Below are positions 11,817 to 25,927 of a DNA stretch of 64,000 bases, piece after piece. Position 1 is the stretch's first letter, and every line of letters begins with the position of its first letter. The translations under genes and the position numbers were made by a program. Origin of the DNA: Cyanophora paradoxa CCMP329 (Eukaryota > Plantae > Glaucophyta); the NCBI GenBank assembly GCA_004431415.1, contig QPMI01000408.1:1054001-1118000 (forward strand), given 5' to 3'. Below the pieces are notes generated by a model, which was not told the origin of the DNA, did not search any database, and saw only the letters and a list, made by a program, of their open reading frames with translations.

Positions 11817-14598
11817 TGCTGGCCCGCGCGCGTCCCCTGTCGTGAGCTGACCCGAACCGGGCTCCCGCATCCCGTTCTCCCGCTTCGCGTTCGGCTCCGG
11901 ACTCGTTCGATGGGCGCGCCGCAGCTCCTCGGTCCCGCGCATGCCGGCGATGTGCAGAGCTTGCAGAAAGCTCTTGGTGACTCCAGGCGAGAGCCCGCCG
12001 GGTTCGCCTCGTCTGCTCGTGAACCCGGCGTCTTGGCGGGGTGAGTGCGGAGCTCCGCGAGCCGATCGTTAGCGATCGGCGCTGACTGATGAGCGCGCTC
12101 GTGCAGGCTCGTATCGCTGCGGCCGGTCCTTCGCTTCGACGCTTCCGACGCGCAGGTCGGCCGCTGCGATTGCGCTTCTCCCGCACGAGGTAGCGTCGTG
12201 TACTGAGCGATACCGCGCAGTTCTTGAGGCGCGACGTACTTTCTAAGCGGGCGCGCCTTCCGCCGCTCTGCGCCGCCCCGCGGCCGCCTCCAGTCGGTCT
12301 CTTGAGTCTAACATCGCACGCCAGGGTTGTCCGCTCAGCCGCACTCGAGAACGGGGCTCAGCGGCTCCATTCTGGCTTCCAGGAGCTCGCGGGTGCGTTG
12401 CAAGCCCGCCCCGCCGCCCCCCACAGCTTCCCACCAGCTGACGCTCACCCCGGCCAGTTTTCTCGATGTACCCCTCCGCCACGGCGCCGCGGGATCTCTC
12501 AGCCGTCATATTCGGACTCTCGGCGTCGTTCCCGTTCGAACGGTGTGCGGCACCCCGTGGGCGGCGTCGAACGCTCCTGTACCCCCCCTCGCCCCCCGCC
12601 GGCCGACCTTCGCCCCAGGACCCCGTTGTGTTTCCTCCCGCCCCATTCGAGGGCAGCGGATTCGATGGTGAGCTCCCCGCAAGCCAGTCCTCTGCATATC
12701 GTGAACTGACTCGGAACCTGGCCCTTGAATCAGGTACCCCCGCGCTTCGGCTGAGCCCGCGGCGGGCCGCGAGCTCGCGGCTTTGCTCCATCGTAGGGTG
12801 CGCGGGCGCCGGCGGGCGGGAGGTCCTTCCGCTCGGGCGGCGCCCGGAGCCGCAGCGGCGCTCGCCGCTCTCCGCTCCGGCCCAACCCCGCCCCTCCCTG
12901 CCGGCGCCGCTATAACTAGATGTTTAGGCACAGCACGCGAGAGTCCTCATATTCTCTTCCTGGATATAGTTTTCAGTGAGGGTATACGTATGGTCGACGT
13001 TACGACTTCATTGTTGTACGGATGTGCTAATGCAAATCAGACAAAAAAGCCGCTCGCTGGGGGAGTTGAGCCCTCAGGGCCGGCCCGGGAAGGCACCCCC
13101 GCGCTTTGGGGCCCGGGCGTCGACCGTCGGACGTCGCTTTCTTCGGGCACGTCGCTCTCTTCGGGGGCGGCCCCTGGCGCCGGGGGGCGGGCGTCATGAT
13201 TAGGCCTGCGGCCCTCCGCAACGGCTGCCCGCCGGCCGCCTTCCTGCTTCGCCTCGTGGCCGCCCTTCCGTCTCGGGCCAGAGGGACGAAGCTAGAGAGA
13301 AGCTAAGAGAGAGTCGGAGAGGAGCTAAGGGGGCTGAGACCGTCAGACGACTAGGGCCGCCCTTAGCTCCTCTCCGCCTTCCCAGCCCTTAAGCTTTGGC
13401 CGCTCTTCGACTCGGCGGGCGAGCTCGATCAGGGCCTGGGGGAGGCGCCCCCGCGCTTTGGGGCCCAGCTGCAGGGCCGGTCGCGCGCGGATGACGCCGC
13501 CGGCGGCGATGGCTAACCCCGCGGCGCCTTGAGCTTTCGGATCCCATCTCGCCCTTCCCCCCCGGATCGGAGTCGTCTCGCCGAGTCGGCCACCTTCTCT
13601 TCTCAGAAGCATTTGGGGATTTCCGGAATGGCGGGAGCGCTATATATATCTAGCGACACGTGTACAAGAGGAGGGCGAGGGTGGGGGATCACTAATTATA
13701 ATATAAAAGAAAGTTAATCACTGACTCCCATATGCATGGCCAGATATCGATATCATCATATCATGATCAGAGAGTACAGTTGATCACTTAGTCGTGAGTT
13801 CTGGCCTGCGCAGCGCTAGCTGGCCTGGCCCCCGCCGGGGGCCGGCCGGCCCGGCCTCCACTTTTGATTTCAAAGCTTCCTCAGGGCCTCCGTGTGCCGC
13901 CATCGTGTGCCGGGCACTCGTGTCAAAAAATCATGCCATGATGCGCACGAGAATTCGAATGATCGTGTGCTGCTTCGAATACTACAGCTATATATATAGC
14001 TATATAACTGCAGCAGAATTCTTTGTACCGTAGTACTACGGTAGATATATAAGTGCAGCAGATTATTAAATCTTTGTACTACGGTAGACTAAAAACTTCA
14101 CACAATTGCAAGATTTCAGAAAGCCGACATCTAGTACTACGTCTCAAAAGGCGCAGAGAGCTCAGTACCTGGGCTTACTGCCAAGAGCAAGTGGACTGCG
14201 ATCACTAGTCTACATTATTCAAATGATTGTTACACAAATACTAATTATAGAAACTCAAACTTGAAAACTCCCGGAGTCCAAGTACTACTTACAATGTTCA
14301 TGAAACAATCCATGAGACCCACCCCCGAAGGACTGCGACTGCGAGTCTAAACTAATATGGTGCTGCGACGTCGACATAAACAATAATAAGGGAATCTCCA
14401 AACTGGTGTCTAGAGACTGCGGCCGGCCGGCAAACTTGAAATCACCAAAAACAGAATAACTAGCACAATAATGAGAGGATATAATAACTAGCTACGTATA
14501 TATATACCGTAGTAGTACAATACTAATATTAATGATGAAACTCGAAGCACCACAAGGATCAGGGGCGTCCGCTTCAAGACTCGTCTGGGGCGTCCGCT

Positions 14599-17500
14599 TC
14601 AGGACTCGTCCCCGGACGAGAGGGGCCGCTCCGCGAGGGGGGCGGGGTGGCCCCCGCGGCGGGAGCCCTCGTACGGGTTCGCGTACCCCCCGCGCTTGGC
14701 CCACTTGGCGAGGGCGCCAAAGATCTTCGCCCGCCCGACGGGCTTGACCACCTGCGCGGGAGGGGCGCGGCCGTCGGCCCGAGGCCAAGGGAAGAGCGGC
14801 CGTGCGCGAGCAGCGCGGACCAGGTCGTCCATGCCCGCCTCGGTCATTTGCTCGCGGTCTGAGAGGGGCCGGGTCGGGTGGGGCGGGGGCGGAGCCTCGG
14901 AGGGGCGGGGGCGGCACCGTCGGAGGAGCTGAGGGCGGTGCAGGCGACGACGGGGGTCGGGACGGGCAGCGCGAGGCTCTTCTCGAGGTGCCGGATCCGC
15001 CGCGTCGCCGCGTACCTGCGGCGCCCGCGCTCGAGCCCGCGGCGGGGCACGAGCCGGCCGCGGCGCGCGCGCGCGCGGGGCGCACCCGTCCATGACCGGC
15101 ATCGAGATGTCCCTGGGCGCGGCGTCAGCGGCAGGGGGGGAGGAAGGTCGGGAGGGGTACGGCGGCGCACATGAAGACGCAGTCGAAGACGGGGCGGGGC
15201 TCCCTGTCGGGAGGGGCGTTGCCCTCGCGTTCGGCCGCCAGCGCCTCCCGCGCCCGCCGCTCGAAGACTTCGGCTGCTTCCTGCGGGGGGTTTCGAGCAG
15301 CCCCCGGGATACGGACCGCACTCTAAGAGGGGTACAGACCTTGCCGTCGCACGCGAACTCGATTCGGTGCCCCTCCTTCGTCAGAAGCGCGATGAGCACG
15401 CGCCGGTTCATCTGAGCGGCGGGGGGTACGGCGTTCGGAGGGGGTAGGCCGCTTGCAATCAAAGGCGGGTACCTCGACGTCGTCTACCACGAGGACGTCG
15501 AGTGGCTGGCCGGGGGGTACGCGTTTCGTGGTTGCGGAGGCTGCAGAGCCGGGGGACACGGGAGTGGAGGGCGCGAGGGCTTCGGAGCTGCCGGGGGGTA
15601 TGGCGATGTGGGCGGCGAAGGAGAGGGTACGCGATTTCGGTCGCTGGAGGGCGCGGGCGGGGGGCTCGTCCCCGGCGGGGGGAGGCGACGGCCGCGGGGA
15701 GGGGAGGGGCGTCGGCTGCTCCTCCGTCGTCTCAAGCCGCGCCTCGCCCGGCGCCGGCGCCCGCTCCGGCGCCTCACCGGCGGCGGCCTCCTCCTCGCCT
15801 ATAGCGACCGAGCCCGGCACGCCCGCCGCCGCCACAGCCGCGGCCTCGGCGCGCCACTCGGAGATGGACGCGCGCCGCTCGGACGCGCGCCGCTCCGACG
15901 CGGACGTGCGCCGATCAGAGGCGGAGGCGCGGCGCTCGGCGGCCGCCGCCGACGACTCCCGGCGCGACGCGGGGCCCGAGGGCGGGTTCGTCGCCGCGTC
16001 CGCCTGAGGCGACAAGAAGAAGGTCAGAGGCGCTCAGGTGAGGCTCGAGGGGTACCGCGAACGACGAGCCTCGGCGATAGTCTCGACCGGCTCGAAGAAC
16101 GGTCGCCTGAACGCGCGGCGATCGGCAGCCGTACCCCCCTGCAGCATCGCCGCCCTCTCCTCCAGCTGCAAAAAGAAGAGGAGAAGTTAAGAGGGGTACA
16201 GAAAGAGTCGCGTGGCGGGTACGGCGTACCATGGCGGCGAGCGTGGCGCGCCGGACGGGCTTCGGCAGGTACCGATCCTGTGCAGGGGGGGGGAGCAGCG
16301 GTAAGTTCGTGTTTGGGGGTACAGGGGCGCGGGGGCGCGCCATGCCGGCCCGAAGGCACTCCTGCTCGTCCTCCGAGGACGCCTTGGCCTGTACCGGGGG
16401 TCAAGCCTGGGCGGGAGGGGGGGGGGCGGCGGGGAGGGGTACGGTGAGGGCGACGACGAAGTGGCGCGCGAGGCGGCGCTCGGCCTCCAGCGCGCGGATC
16501 GCCCCCGTCGCCTCGTACCCGTCCCTGAAAGAAAGGGGGGGGGATGAGAGAGGCGGGCGGGGGCCGCGAGGGCGGCCGGGGGCGGCGGGGCGGACATGAC
16601 GGGCATGAGGCACTGCGGGGGTAGAGGGTTGTCAGCGGGGGCGATCGGGGAGGGGGTAGGAGGGGGAGGGGGAGCGCACGTCCATGAAGACGATGCCGTA
16701 CGCGGCGGCGCCGGGCGCGGCCCCCGCCGTCGCCTCCGCGAACCGCTGCACCGCCTGCGGGGGCCCTGAGAGGGGCCGCGCGGGGCGGGCGGGGCGGGGC
16801 GGGGGTACGCGCCTCGGCGCCGTTCTGGACGAGGGTGACGCGGTGCCCCTCCTTCTTGAGCATCGACGTCACCACCCGCGCGCTCATCGCGTTGTCTGCG
16901 GCCGCGGGCGGCGCGGGCGGGGGCCGGCCGTCAGCGCCCGGCAGGCAGAAAGCCGTCCGGCCGGCGGGGCGGACCCTCGGCGACGAGGATGTCCATGGGG
17001 GGAAGGCTGCAGCCCAGCGGCGGGGCCGCCGAGCCGCACACCGACGGACGCTCCGTCTCTCCAGCCGTGCCAGCGGCCGTCCCATCCTAAGGGACGGAAA
17101 GATGAGTGGCAGGGAGAAGATGGGGGGGGGGGGGTACGGGTGCTTACGCGGCCCGAGCCATCAGAGGGGAACGACGACTGGCGCCGGTTCACGGATCCTC
17201 GCGGGCTGCAAGGGAAGGGTTAAGGGGGGGGGCGAGAGGGAGGGCGAGGGGGGGTATAGGATTGAACTGAGGACTAGGAGCGCACCTCAGCGCCCCGCTG
17301 ACGGAGGTGCGCATGCCCTGCGCACGAAGCGGTCAGTGACGGGGCGGGCCGTTTCCCCCCCCCCCCCCTTCCCTCCTTCGTTCGCACCTGGGACCCCAGG
17401 ACCGCGTCCGACCCCGGGGGCGTCCGCTCGTACCGGCACGGCAGCTCGAACCAGAATGTGCTGAGGAGCGTTCGTGAGATGAGCGCCCAGAGGGGGAGAC

Positions 17501-20500
17501 AAAGGAGGAAAAAGGGGCGCGCCAGCCCTCGCCGTCGTTGCAGAGGCAGCCGATGCGGCCGCCCGCCTTCTCCACGATCTCGCGGCTGATCGCCAGCCCT
17601 GCCCCAGCCGCCCGCCTCAGCCGCCCGCGGCCGCCTGCGGAGGCTCCAGCACGGGGGTACGGGGGCGTCGCGGACCGAGGCCGGTACCCCCCGGGTCGTT
17701 CTGGGACCCGGAAAGGTGCTGAACGCGGTAGAAGCGCTGGAAGAGCTGCATCTATAGACGGCGAAACGGGTCAGGCCGAATCGGCGAGAGTCAATTTGAT
17801 AAGAGGTAACGGAAAGGGGGGCACCTGGTGCTCTTTGGCGATGCCGGGACCGGTGTCGATGATCTGAGAAGAAGGCAGAATGATCATGAGGGGAGGGCGC
17901 AATGGAGGCGAAGTTTATGAATATCAATGGAGAGCATCAGGGAGAGCAGCGTGAGGGGTATATCGGCGCGAAATATACGGCCGGGAGAGCCCGGTGCAGG
18001 GCAAAGCCTTGTGCATTGTGAATTGAAGTGCCCGAGCCCGTAACACCCTCGGCTCTTAGCATCACCGGTTCCGAGTTAAACGGCCTTCGGCCCGAACCCT
18101 TGACGTTGACCTTTAAGCACCTTAAGATGTTCAAGCTTTTATATATATCAGCCTTTGGCTGCAGCTCCTGCGCACCTCGAAGCGCAGGACGATGCGGCCG
18201 GAGCGGCCGCCGGGGCTCCGAGGAGCCTCCCGGATCGGCACGGCCGGCCGCTCGGGGATGGATACCCGGACCTAGTAAGAGAGGGGCGGTCAGCCCGAGG
18301 CGAGAGACATAGCTCTTGGGGGTACGGCACCGCGACGGAGCCGTGGACGGTGTACTTCACCGCGTTCGACAGCTGCGGGGTACGGTTTGTCTTTTGTGGG
18401 GAGGGGTAGGGGGCGCGGGGGGTACCAGGTTGAGGAGAATTTCTGCGGCGGGGCGGGGGATCAGCCCAAGAGGGGCAGGGACGACGCGGGGCGCGAAAGG
18501 GGGAAGGTGGTACGCACGGCGGAGCCTGTCGGGGTCGGAGGAGACGAGGACGGGTACGTGGTCCGCCACGTCCATCGAGACCGTGAGGCCCTGCGGGGGT
18601 ACGGGACTCGGCCCCGCGCTTGCCCCCGCCCCCCAGGGCCCGGGGCCCCGTACGTACCTTCTCGTCGGCCTTGCGCTTGACGATACGCACGGCGTTCACC
18701 ACCGCCGACCGCACGTCCACCGGCGCGCTCTGCCTCCCCGTGAGGGGGGGGGGTGGCGGAGGGGGGGTACGGGCGCACGGCGAGCTCGATGAGCCCGGCC
18801 TCCATCTTCTGCAGGTCCAGAATGTCGTTCACCAGCCTGGGGTACGGCGTCGGGGGGAAGGAGGGCGAGGGGGGTACGGGGGTCGGCCGCACGCGAGGAG
18901 GTGATCCCCAGAGAGGGAGGCCTTGGGAGGGGGGAGGGGGATGAGAGATCAGGGGATACGGGCGGCGTAGGGGGGAAGGGGTACCGCTTCGATGTACTCG
19001 GCGGCCTCGCGGGGCATCTCGCACTCGCGCGCCAGGTCCAGCATCCCTGTACCCCCCTTCAAGCCGGGCCCCGGCGGGGGGCGCGGGGCGGGACGGGGCG
19101 GGGCGGGCCGCACCGAGCATGCCGTTGAGGGGCGTGCGCATCTCCTGCGGGCCGCACGGGGCGTCAGGGGCGGGGGGTTTGAGACGGGCGGAGGAGGGGC
19201 AGAGCAGACGTGGGAGACAGTGGCGAGGAACTGCGGCGGGGGCGGGCTCCGTTAGGAAGGAGGGGCGGGGGCGGGGCGGGGGCGGGGCGGGCCTTCTTGG
19301 TCTCCTCCGAGCGGACCTCCATCTCGATCTTCGCCTTCGCCTCCGTCGACACCACCTGGGGGGGGGGGGGGGGGCAAGTCAGATCAGATCAGATCGGATC
19401 GGATCGGATCGGATCGGATGGAATCGGGGTACGGCACCTCCTGGAAGGAGACGAAGCGGGAGTACATGTCCGACACGAGGTCGTCGAAGGCCGTCAGCTC
19501 CCGCAGGTGAACCTGCAGGGGGCCACCGGTTCAACTCGCTGGGCCCGGCGCTCGTTCCATACGCTTCTTCGCTTCCAGTGGGGAGGGAGGGGTACGCGCG
19601 TTGTTGGAGTGGTGGGAGGAGGAGGAAAAGGATCCGCCGCCGCTGCGGGCGCCCCCCCTCGACTCCCGACGGCCGCCGCCGCCGCCGCCGCCGCCGCCGC
19701 GGTCGGTGGGCGGGGCCGGCAGCGGCGGCGCGTTCGAGTTGACGTGCATGCGAAGCTCCGCGTAGACAGACGTCATGGTCTGCGGTTCAAATCAGATCAG
19801 ATCAGATCAGATCAGATCAGATCAGATCAGATCAGGTGGTGGGGCGAGACGAGGTCCTATAAGGAGGAGGGGCGGTGCGGGGCGGGGCGCGCCTCGAGGA
19901 GGATCTGCATGGATCCGCGGATCTTGTCGATGGGGCGCGTGATCCCCCACGAAACGAGCACCGCGACTACGATGCAGATCACCAGCCAAACGCCGTTTAC
20001 GCCCAGCTCTATGGCTATCGCGTGCTGAAGAGATACAAGAGGTCAGCACCGCGCCAAGCGTGAGAGAAGCGCGGGGCGGGGCGGGTCAGCGCGCCTGGAG
20101 CTCGGACATGACGACGTCGCGGGGTACAGCGATGTAGAGCACGAGGTCGAGGTTCGGCTCCACGTGCAGCGGCGCTCGCCTGTACCCCTCCAGGGTAAGC
20201 CGGATCGAAGACTTCTCTCAGATTGGAGCATTCCCGTACCCGGCGAAGTAATCGCGCCCGCCGGAGCGCAGGGTGAGGCGCTGGGGTCCGGCGGCGGGAC
20301 CGGCGGGGGTGGGGAACGCCCCCGAAGCCTCCCGCGTGAGGACGTCCGGGCTGTCCGAGGCCAGGATCGACATTCCCTGCAATCCCGTTAGGCAGGGCAA
20401 AGAGGGGGAGGGGGGGGGAGGAGGAGGAAGGGGTACCGTCCTGGGGTTGACGACGTGGGTGAGCGCTCCCGTTGACGTGGCGAACATTCGCCCCTGGGGG

Positions 20501-21854
20501 TAGCGTGAGGCAGAGGGGTGCCGGGGGGGGGGGATTGAGGGGGTACGGGCGCACAGCGGCGGTGGTGAGGAAGAGGAGGGTACCCGGAATAGCGACAGAA
20601 TCCTGCAGCTGCCGGCTGCAGGGGGTGCGGGAGTGGGATATCAGGGTACGATACGGGGTGGGGCAAGTTGAAGTACGCGAACCTCAGGGCCCCGAGGCGA
20701 ATATTCGCTGCGGCTGCGCCCCCGATGGGACCCTTGGGGGGTACAGTCTCCAGGTACTGTGCGGGGGTAGCCGGCCCCGGGTACGCGTTGCGGGTACCGG
20801 GTAGCCCCCCCGTCACCGAGGCCAGTTCCTCCTGAACGTTCCCCTGTGCCCGGAACGCCACGGCAAAGCTGCGCACGTCAAGCCTCAGGAAGGAAAGCGG
20901 CTCCATCCGGATTCGAGCCTGGGAAGAGCTCGCCTCACGACGACTCCGTCCAGAGGGTGCTTGGCCGTGCTCTGCGGGTTCGAATCCGGGTCGGACATTT
21001 TGATATCCGCGCCAAAAACGTCCCTCCCCCCTCTCTCGTAGGATCGTACCGGGGAGGAGTGGGTGAATCGGGCGGGGTACCACGCGGCCCCGGCGGCAGA
21101 GTTGATGGTCGCGCCGTACCTAAAGGGGGGTACGCATGTCAGGCGGCGTGCGGGCGGGCTTCGGTCGGGCTGGCGGCGGCGGCGGCGCACCAGGCGACCG
21201 CTTGGGGGGACAGGGTCACCGTGAGCAGGGGGTACCCCGCCGGCTGCCCGGGGGGGTGAGGAGCGCGAACGGCGAGATGCGAGGGCCCACTCTAGCCCAC
21301 TCTAGAAGAACGATCCTCTAGACGATCTCGTGGGGCGATCTCGCGGGCTTGCCGCCTCTCTAGATCTTAGGGCACCTCCGACAGGGTCCCGGGGCCGGGT
21401 CCCACCGTCGCGCACCTGGCCGCGGCGCCCGTTCCTGAAGTAGAGGTAGTGAGTCCCGTTCCCGATGATGGAGCGCGTGCCCTCGGGGCACGACGTCCCG
21501 ATCTCCTCGTCGTAGCACTTCTGCGGGGGCGGGGCGGGGCGGGGCGGGGCGGGGGCGGAGGCGGCCGGTGAGACACAGCACAGAATTTGAGGATGAGATC
21601 AAGATAAGAAAGGGGCGCGCCTCAGTGCCGAAGTAGGTCCCGTCAGCGAACATCACTGCGGCGGGGCCGCCCCAAACGTCAGTTGCAATCTCATAGAAGA
21701 AAGGCATGCTTGGCACATTAGACGAGCCCCAGCTACAAACGACACTGCGAACTCTAGCTTCTTTTCGATATCGTTTACAGCTTCAAATCCCGGTATCGTT
21801 TAGGGGCTCCAGTTGTCCGCGCCGCAGTAAACTCTAGCTTCGTCTAGACGCGAA

Positions 21855-21891
<37 letters not shown>

Positions 21892-23168
21892 CGCTATAGC
21901 TAGCTTCGTCTGGATGGGAAGGGCGGACCGCTGTTGAGGGAGATCTCGGAGAAGCGGGCGAGGGTCGTCGCGAAGGTCTCGAGACTCCCCCGCCAGCTCC
22001 CCTGCGCCACCTTGCCCTGCCCGAGAGGAGGCGAGGTCGGGGCTGTCAGCCGGAGGCCTAGGCGGCCGCGTGCCGAGGCGGAGGGGCGGGGTCGGGCCCC
22101 TCGGGCCGGGGCCCTCCTCTCTCTCCCTCTCGCTTCTCGAGAAGCGAGCGTGACGCACCGTGGCGGCGAAGTTGGCGACGGACTCTGCGGTGACGCGCGC
22201 CGTGTCGAGGTACGCCTGCGTCGCCGCGAACGTCCGCTCCTGGGGGGCGCCGAAGGCTCAGCGCGGCGCGGGCGGGGCGGGGAGCCTCGGGGGAGGGGTG
22301 GGGGGTGGGGGGGTGGGGGAGGGGTGAACGGACCTGCAGCTCCCCAGGAAGTTGCCGGCCATCGTTTCCACGTTCCTGCGCGGCCGGCGGGTCAGCGGAG
22401 GGCGCCGGCAGGGGCGGGGCGGGCCGAGGCGGGGCGGGGCGGGGCGGGGCGCGCCGCTGGCCGAAGACCCACATGATGGTGAACGTGAACCCGCAGGCCG
22501 AGATGACCTGCCCCGGCGTCGGCGTCGGCGCCCGGCGCGAGGAGCCAGGCGGCAGACACTAGACAGCTCAGCGTCTTCGCGGCGCGAGGGGCCGGACCTG
22601 CAGGACGGCGCTGACGATGAAGAGCGTCCGGATCGATCTGGTAGACCCGCGTCAGAGGCGGGGCGCAGCGGGGCGGGGCCGGCGGGGCCGGGCGGGGCCG
22701 GGCGGGGCCGGGCGGGGCCCCGGCTCAGCGCGGGGCGGGGCGCCGGCGCACAGAAAGGGGGCCGCCCACGAGGCGAGCCGCCGCTTGGCCCCGCGGAACG
22801 CCCGCGCGCCCCTGCGGCGCAGCGTGCTGCCGCGCCGCGCCCGGCCGCGGGTCGACTCGGCGCCCCGGGGCGAGTCGGGGCCCCGGTCGGCGTCGGCGGG
22901 AGCTGCGGCCCCCGCCGCGGCGGCCGCGCGGAGGGCGGGCAGAGCGCCGGAGAGGGAGGGGGCCCGGTCGCGGCCCTTCACCGCCCCGCTCTCCTCGGCC
23001 AGGCTGCCCGTCTCTGCGGCGAGGCGCGATGCTGGGATGAGGAGAACTCCTAAGGCGAGGCGAGGCGAGGCGCGGCGGGCGCGGGATCGGACACGAATGC
23101 GGACCGACAGAGCTGGAGAACTCCAGCGTGTGCGCATGCGGGCTCGCGACGATGCTCTCGGAAGGCAT
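14599..23168 (-). CDS. Membrane hybrid sensor histidine kinase, paralog A (TM-Cache-like-TM-HAMP-like-HisKA-HATPase_c-REC-REC)
   Basis: Start MPSESIVAS. TM2 WLVICIVVAVLVSWGITRPI. H box FLATVSH|EMRTPLNGMLG, N box ILLNL|LSNAVKYT, G1 IIDTGPGI, G2 GGTGL|GLAISREIV. Receivers DILVAE|DN...IVFMD|CLMPVM and DVLVVDDVE|MNR...CVFM|DISMPVMDG...VVKP. Ends ...SSGDES*. Confidence 0.92.
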
Positions 23169-24332
23169 CGCTGCGCTGAGGGAACGCCGCTGCGGGGCTG
23201 GCGCCCACGCCGCTCGCCCCGCGGGCCCGCCTCCGACCGTGTGGCCCAGCTGCAGCTGGCGGCACGCGGACGATGAATGATGACAGGCCGAGGTCGAGGT
23301 CTAGCCGTATCGGGGCGGGCCGACACGACCTTGCGCCGAGCTCCCAGCGCTGAAGGCAATTGCAAGCCTCCCGGGCCCAGATCTAGAGCCCGGATCCGGG
23401 ACCGGGCACCTCCGAGCTGCCTCCGAAGGTTGTGGCTCGCAATCGCGCCGCACAACTCTCTCGAGCTCGGCGAGATCGACCGTCAAGAGGACTCGTAGAA
23501 TGTGTTGCGAAGCTTTCCGCAGCTGCGCCTCGCGAGCGCTGGTTGCACGGTTGCCTAGAGTCTGCTAGAATGCTGTAGCTCGCGCTGCTGCGGACGGGCG
23601 GTGCACTGCAGCAATGCAAGTGTACGTGTGCTCATAATTCTGCGCCGCGCGCTGCCGCCTGCCGCATTGCGCTGCTCATGATTCTGCTGCGGCCGCGGCC
23701 CCGCCGGCGGCGCCGCGCCAACGTGGATCAGCATACGCAAAGGGGTACGTGTGAAGGTCAGCCAGTACCAGTACCCCGGAACGCGCCGGCCGTGCACGTG
23801 ACTCACCAACGACGGTGCAACGACGGTTCGGCGACCAATGGGAGCCCGGGTTCGGCCGCGTTCAAGACGAAAGTTTGGCCGCTTGAGTTGCACGAAAGTT
23901 GCACATGTTCCCCAAGTCAAAATGACCCCACCCCCCCTCGAGGTCATCTTCCTCCCCCCCTCTCCACTCCCCTGTGGGGGCCCCGTCACTTTCGCAAGCC
24001 CCGGCCCCCGGCCGACGTCGACCCGCCGCGCGCGGCGCGGCGCTGCACCGAGCATGCAAACTTGAAACAACTTGCAACTTCGGAAGAAGCGTCGCTGCGT
24101 CGGCCGCTGATGAGTATCATAGAATGAGCAGCGTGGCACTCATCAAAGCAGCTCTCTAGATCTTGCAGCGGCGCTCCCCGGTCTCCCCGTCTCTCTCTAG
24201 CAAGTCTATAGGTAGTTCGCTTGCAATTGCCAGCTCCCCCGCGCGACCCCGCGCGCGAGCCGGCCGCGAGCTCCCGGCCGCGGGCGAGCGGCGTACGCTG
24301 CGAGAGCCCCGCCGCTTCCCGTCAGCGCAGCG

Positions 24333-25895
24333 ATGCCTGGAGACAGCATTGTCGCCGGCTCCGTTGGTCCGCTTCTTGATCTGGCCGCTCCCTGCCCCGC
24401 GCTGCCTTCGATTCCACCGAATCGCCGCTTACCGCAGCGCCCGGCCGCAGAGATCATGAGCCTCACGGACGGCGCCCAGACGGCGAAGGAGCGGGGCCCC
24501 GGCCCGCCCCCCTCGAAGCTTCCGCCGGCGCTCTACGCAGCCCCGCCGGAACCCGCGGACGCGGACGCCGGCGGCGCTGACCAGGAGACGGCCACGCCCT
24601 CCGACCTGGCGCGGGCCGCGGGGCTGGATCTGGAGCACGCGTACGGAGAGAACGAGCGCGAGAAGCGGCGCGGGGCCGGGGGCGTCCGGAGTGTCCGCGG
24701 GGCCAGGCGGCGGCTCGCCTCGTGGGCGGCCCCCTTTCTGTGCGCCGGGGCCCCGCCCCGCGCTGAGCCCGGCGCCCCCGCCCGGCCCGCCCGGCCCGCC
24801 CCGCTGCGCCCCGCCTCTGACGCGGGTCTACCAGATCGATCCGGACGCTCTTCATCGTCAGCGCCGTCCTCCAGGTCCGCCCCCCCCCTCGCGCCGCGAA
24901 GACGCTGAGCTGTCTAGTGTCTGCCGCCTGGCTCCTCGCGCCGGGCGCCGACGCCGACGCCGGGGCAGGTCATCTCGGCCTGCGGGTTCACGTTCGCCAT
25001 CATGTGGGTCTTCGGCCAGCGGTCCGCCCCGCCCCGCCCCGCCCCGCCCCGCCCCCGCCGCCGCGGCCGCGGCCGACCCGCCTCAGGAACGTGGAGACAA
25101 TGGCGGATAACTTCCTGGGAGAGCTGGAGGTTCTTCCTTTCCCCCGCCCCCCCGCCCCCCCCCCCCCCCCCCCCCCCAACCCACCCCACCCCACCCCCCC
25201 GCCACCCCCCCTCGCAGGAGCGGACGTTCGCGGCGACGAGGACGTACCTCGACACGGCGCGCCTTTGCGCAGAGGCCGTCGCCGACTACGCCGCCACCGT
25301 GAGCCACGGTTTGCTTTTCGAGGGCGGAGAGAAGACGAGGGGCCCGGCAAACACCGAGGGCCCCGGCCCAAGGAGGGGGGTGGCGGGGGGGCGGACCGCA
25401 GGGTGGGGCGGGGGGCGGGGGGTGCCCGCGGCGGACCGGATTGGGCGCCCGGCCCGCGCTCCCCGTCGCCCCGCTCCCCACCGCTGACCTCGCCCTCCCC
25501 CCTCCCCCCCCTTTCCAGGGTAAGGTTTCGCAGAAGAGCTGGCGGGGTACGCTGGAGGCGTTCGCGGGCACCCTCGCCCGCTTCTCCGAGATCGCCGTCA
25601 ACAGCGGTACCCCCCCTCCCCCCCCCCCCGCCGCCCGCCCGCCCGCCCGGCGATACTCCCATAGATAGATAGATCTCCCAAGGGCTTCCATCCAGAGATG
25701 CTAGGCCCAAGGGCATTTGAATCTTAAATCTTCGAGGGATGCTTGGGGATTCATCTATCTGCCGGCCCCGTCTCGTCTCCTACATCTCCTAGAGCAACGC
25801 TGCTGCGTGCGCTGACGCGTGCGTTCCCGCAGTGATGTTCGCTGACGGGACCTACTTTGGGCTCGAGGCGCGCCAGACCCCCCCCCCCCCCCCTC

Positions 25896-25927
<32 letters not shown>

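Noticed and set aside
12200-13700. ORFs and a weak direct repeat (cccgcgctttggggccc at ~13098 and ~13450)
   Set aside because: No coherent protein, splice pattern, terminal repeats or TSD could be established.
19378-19833. (TCAGA/TCGGA)n tracts
   Set aside because: Ordinary intronic microsatellites, also present at the equivalent introns of paralog B.
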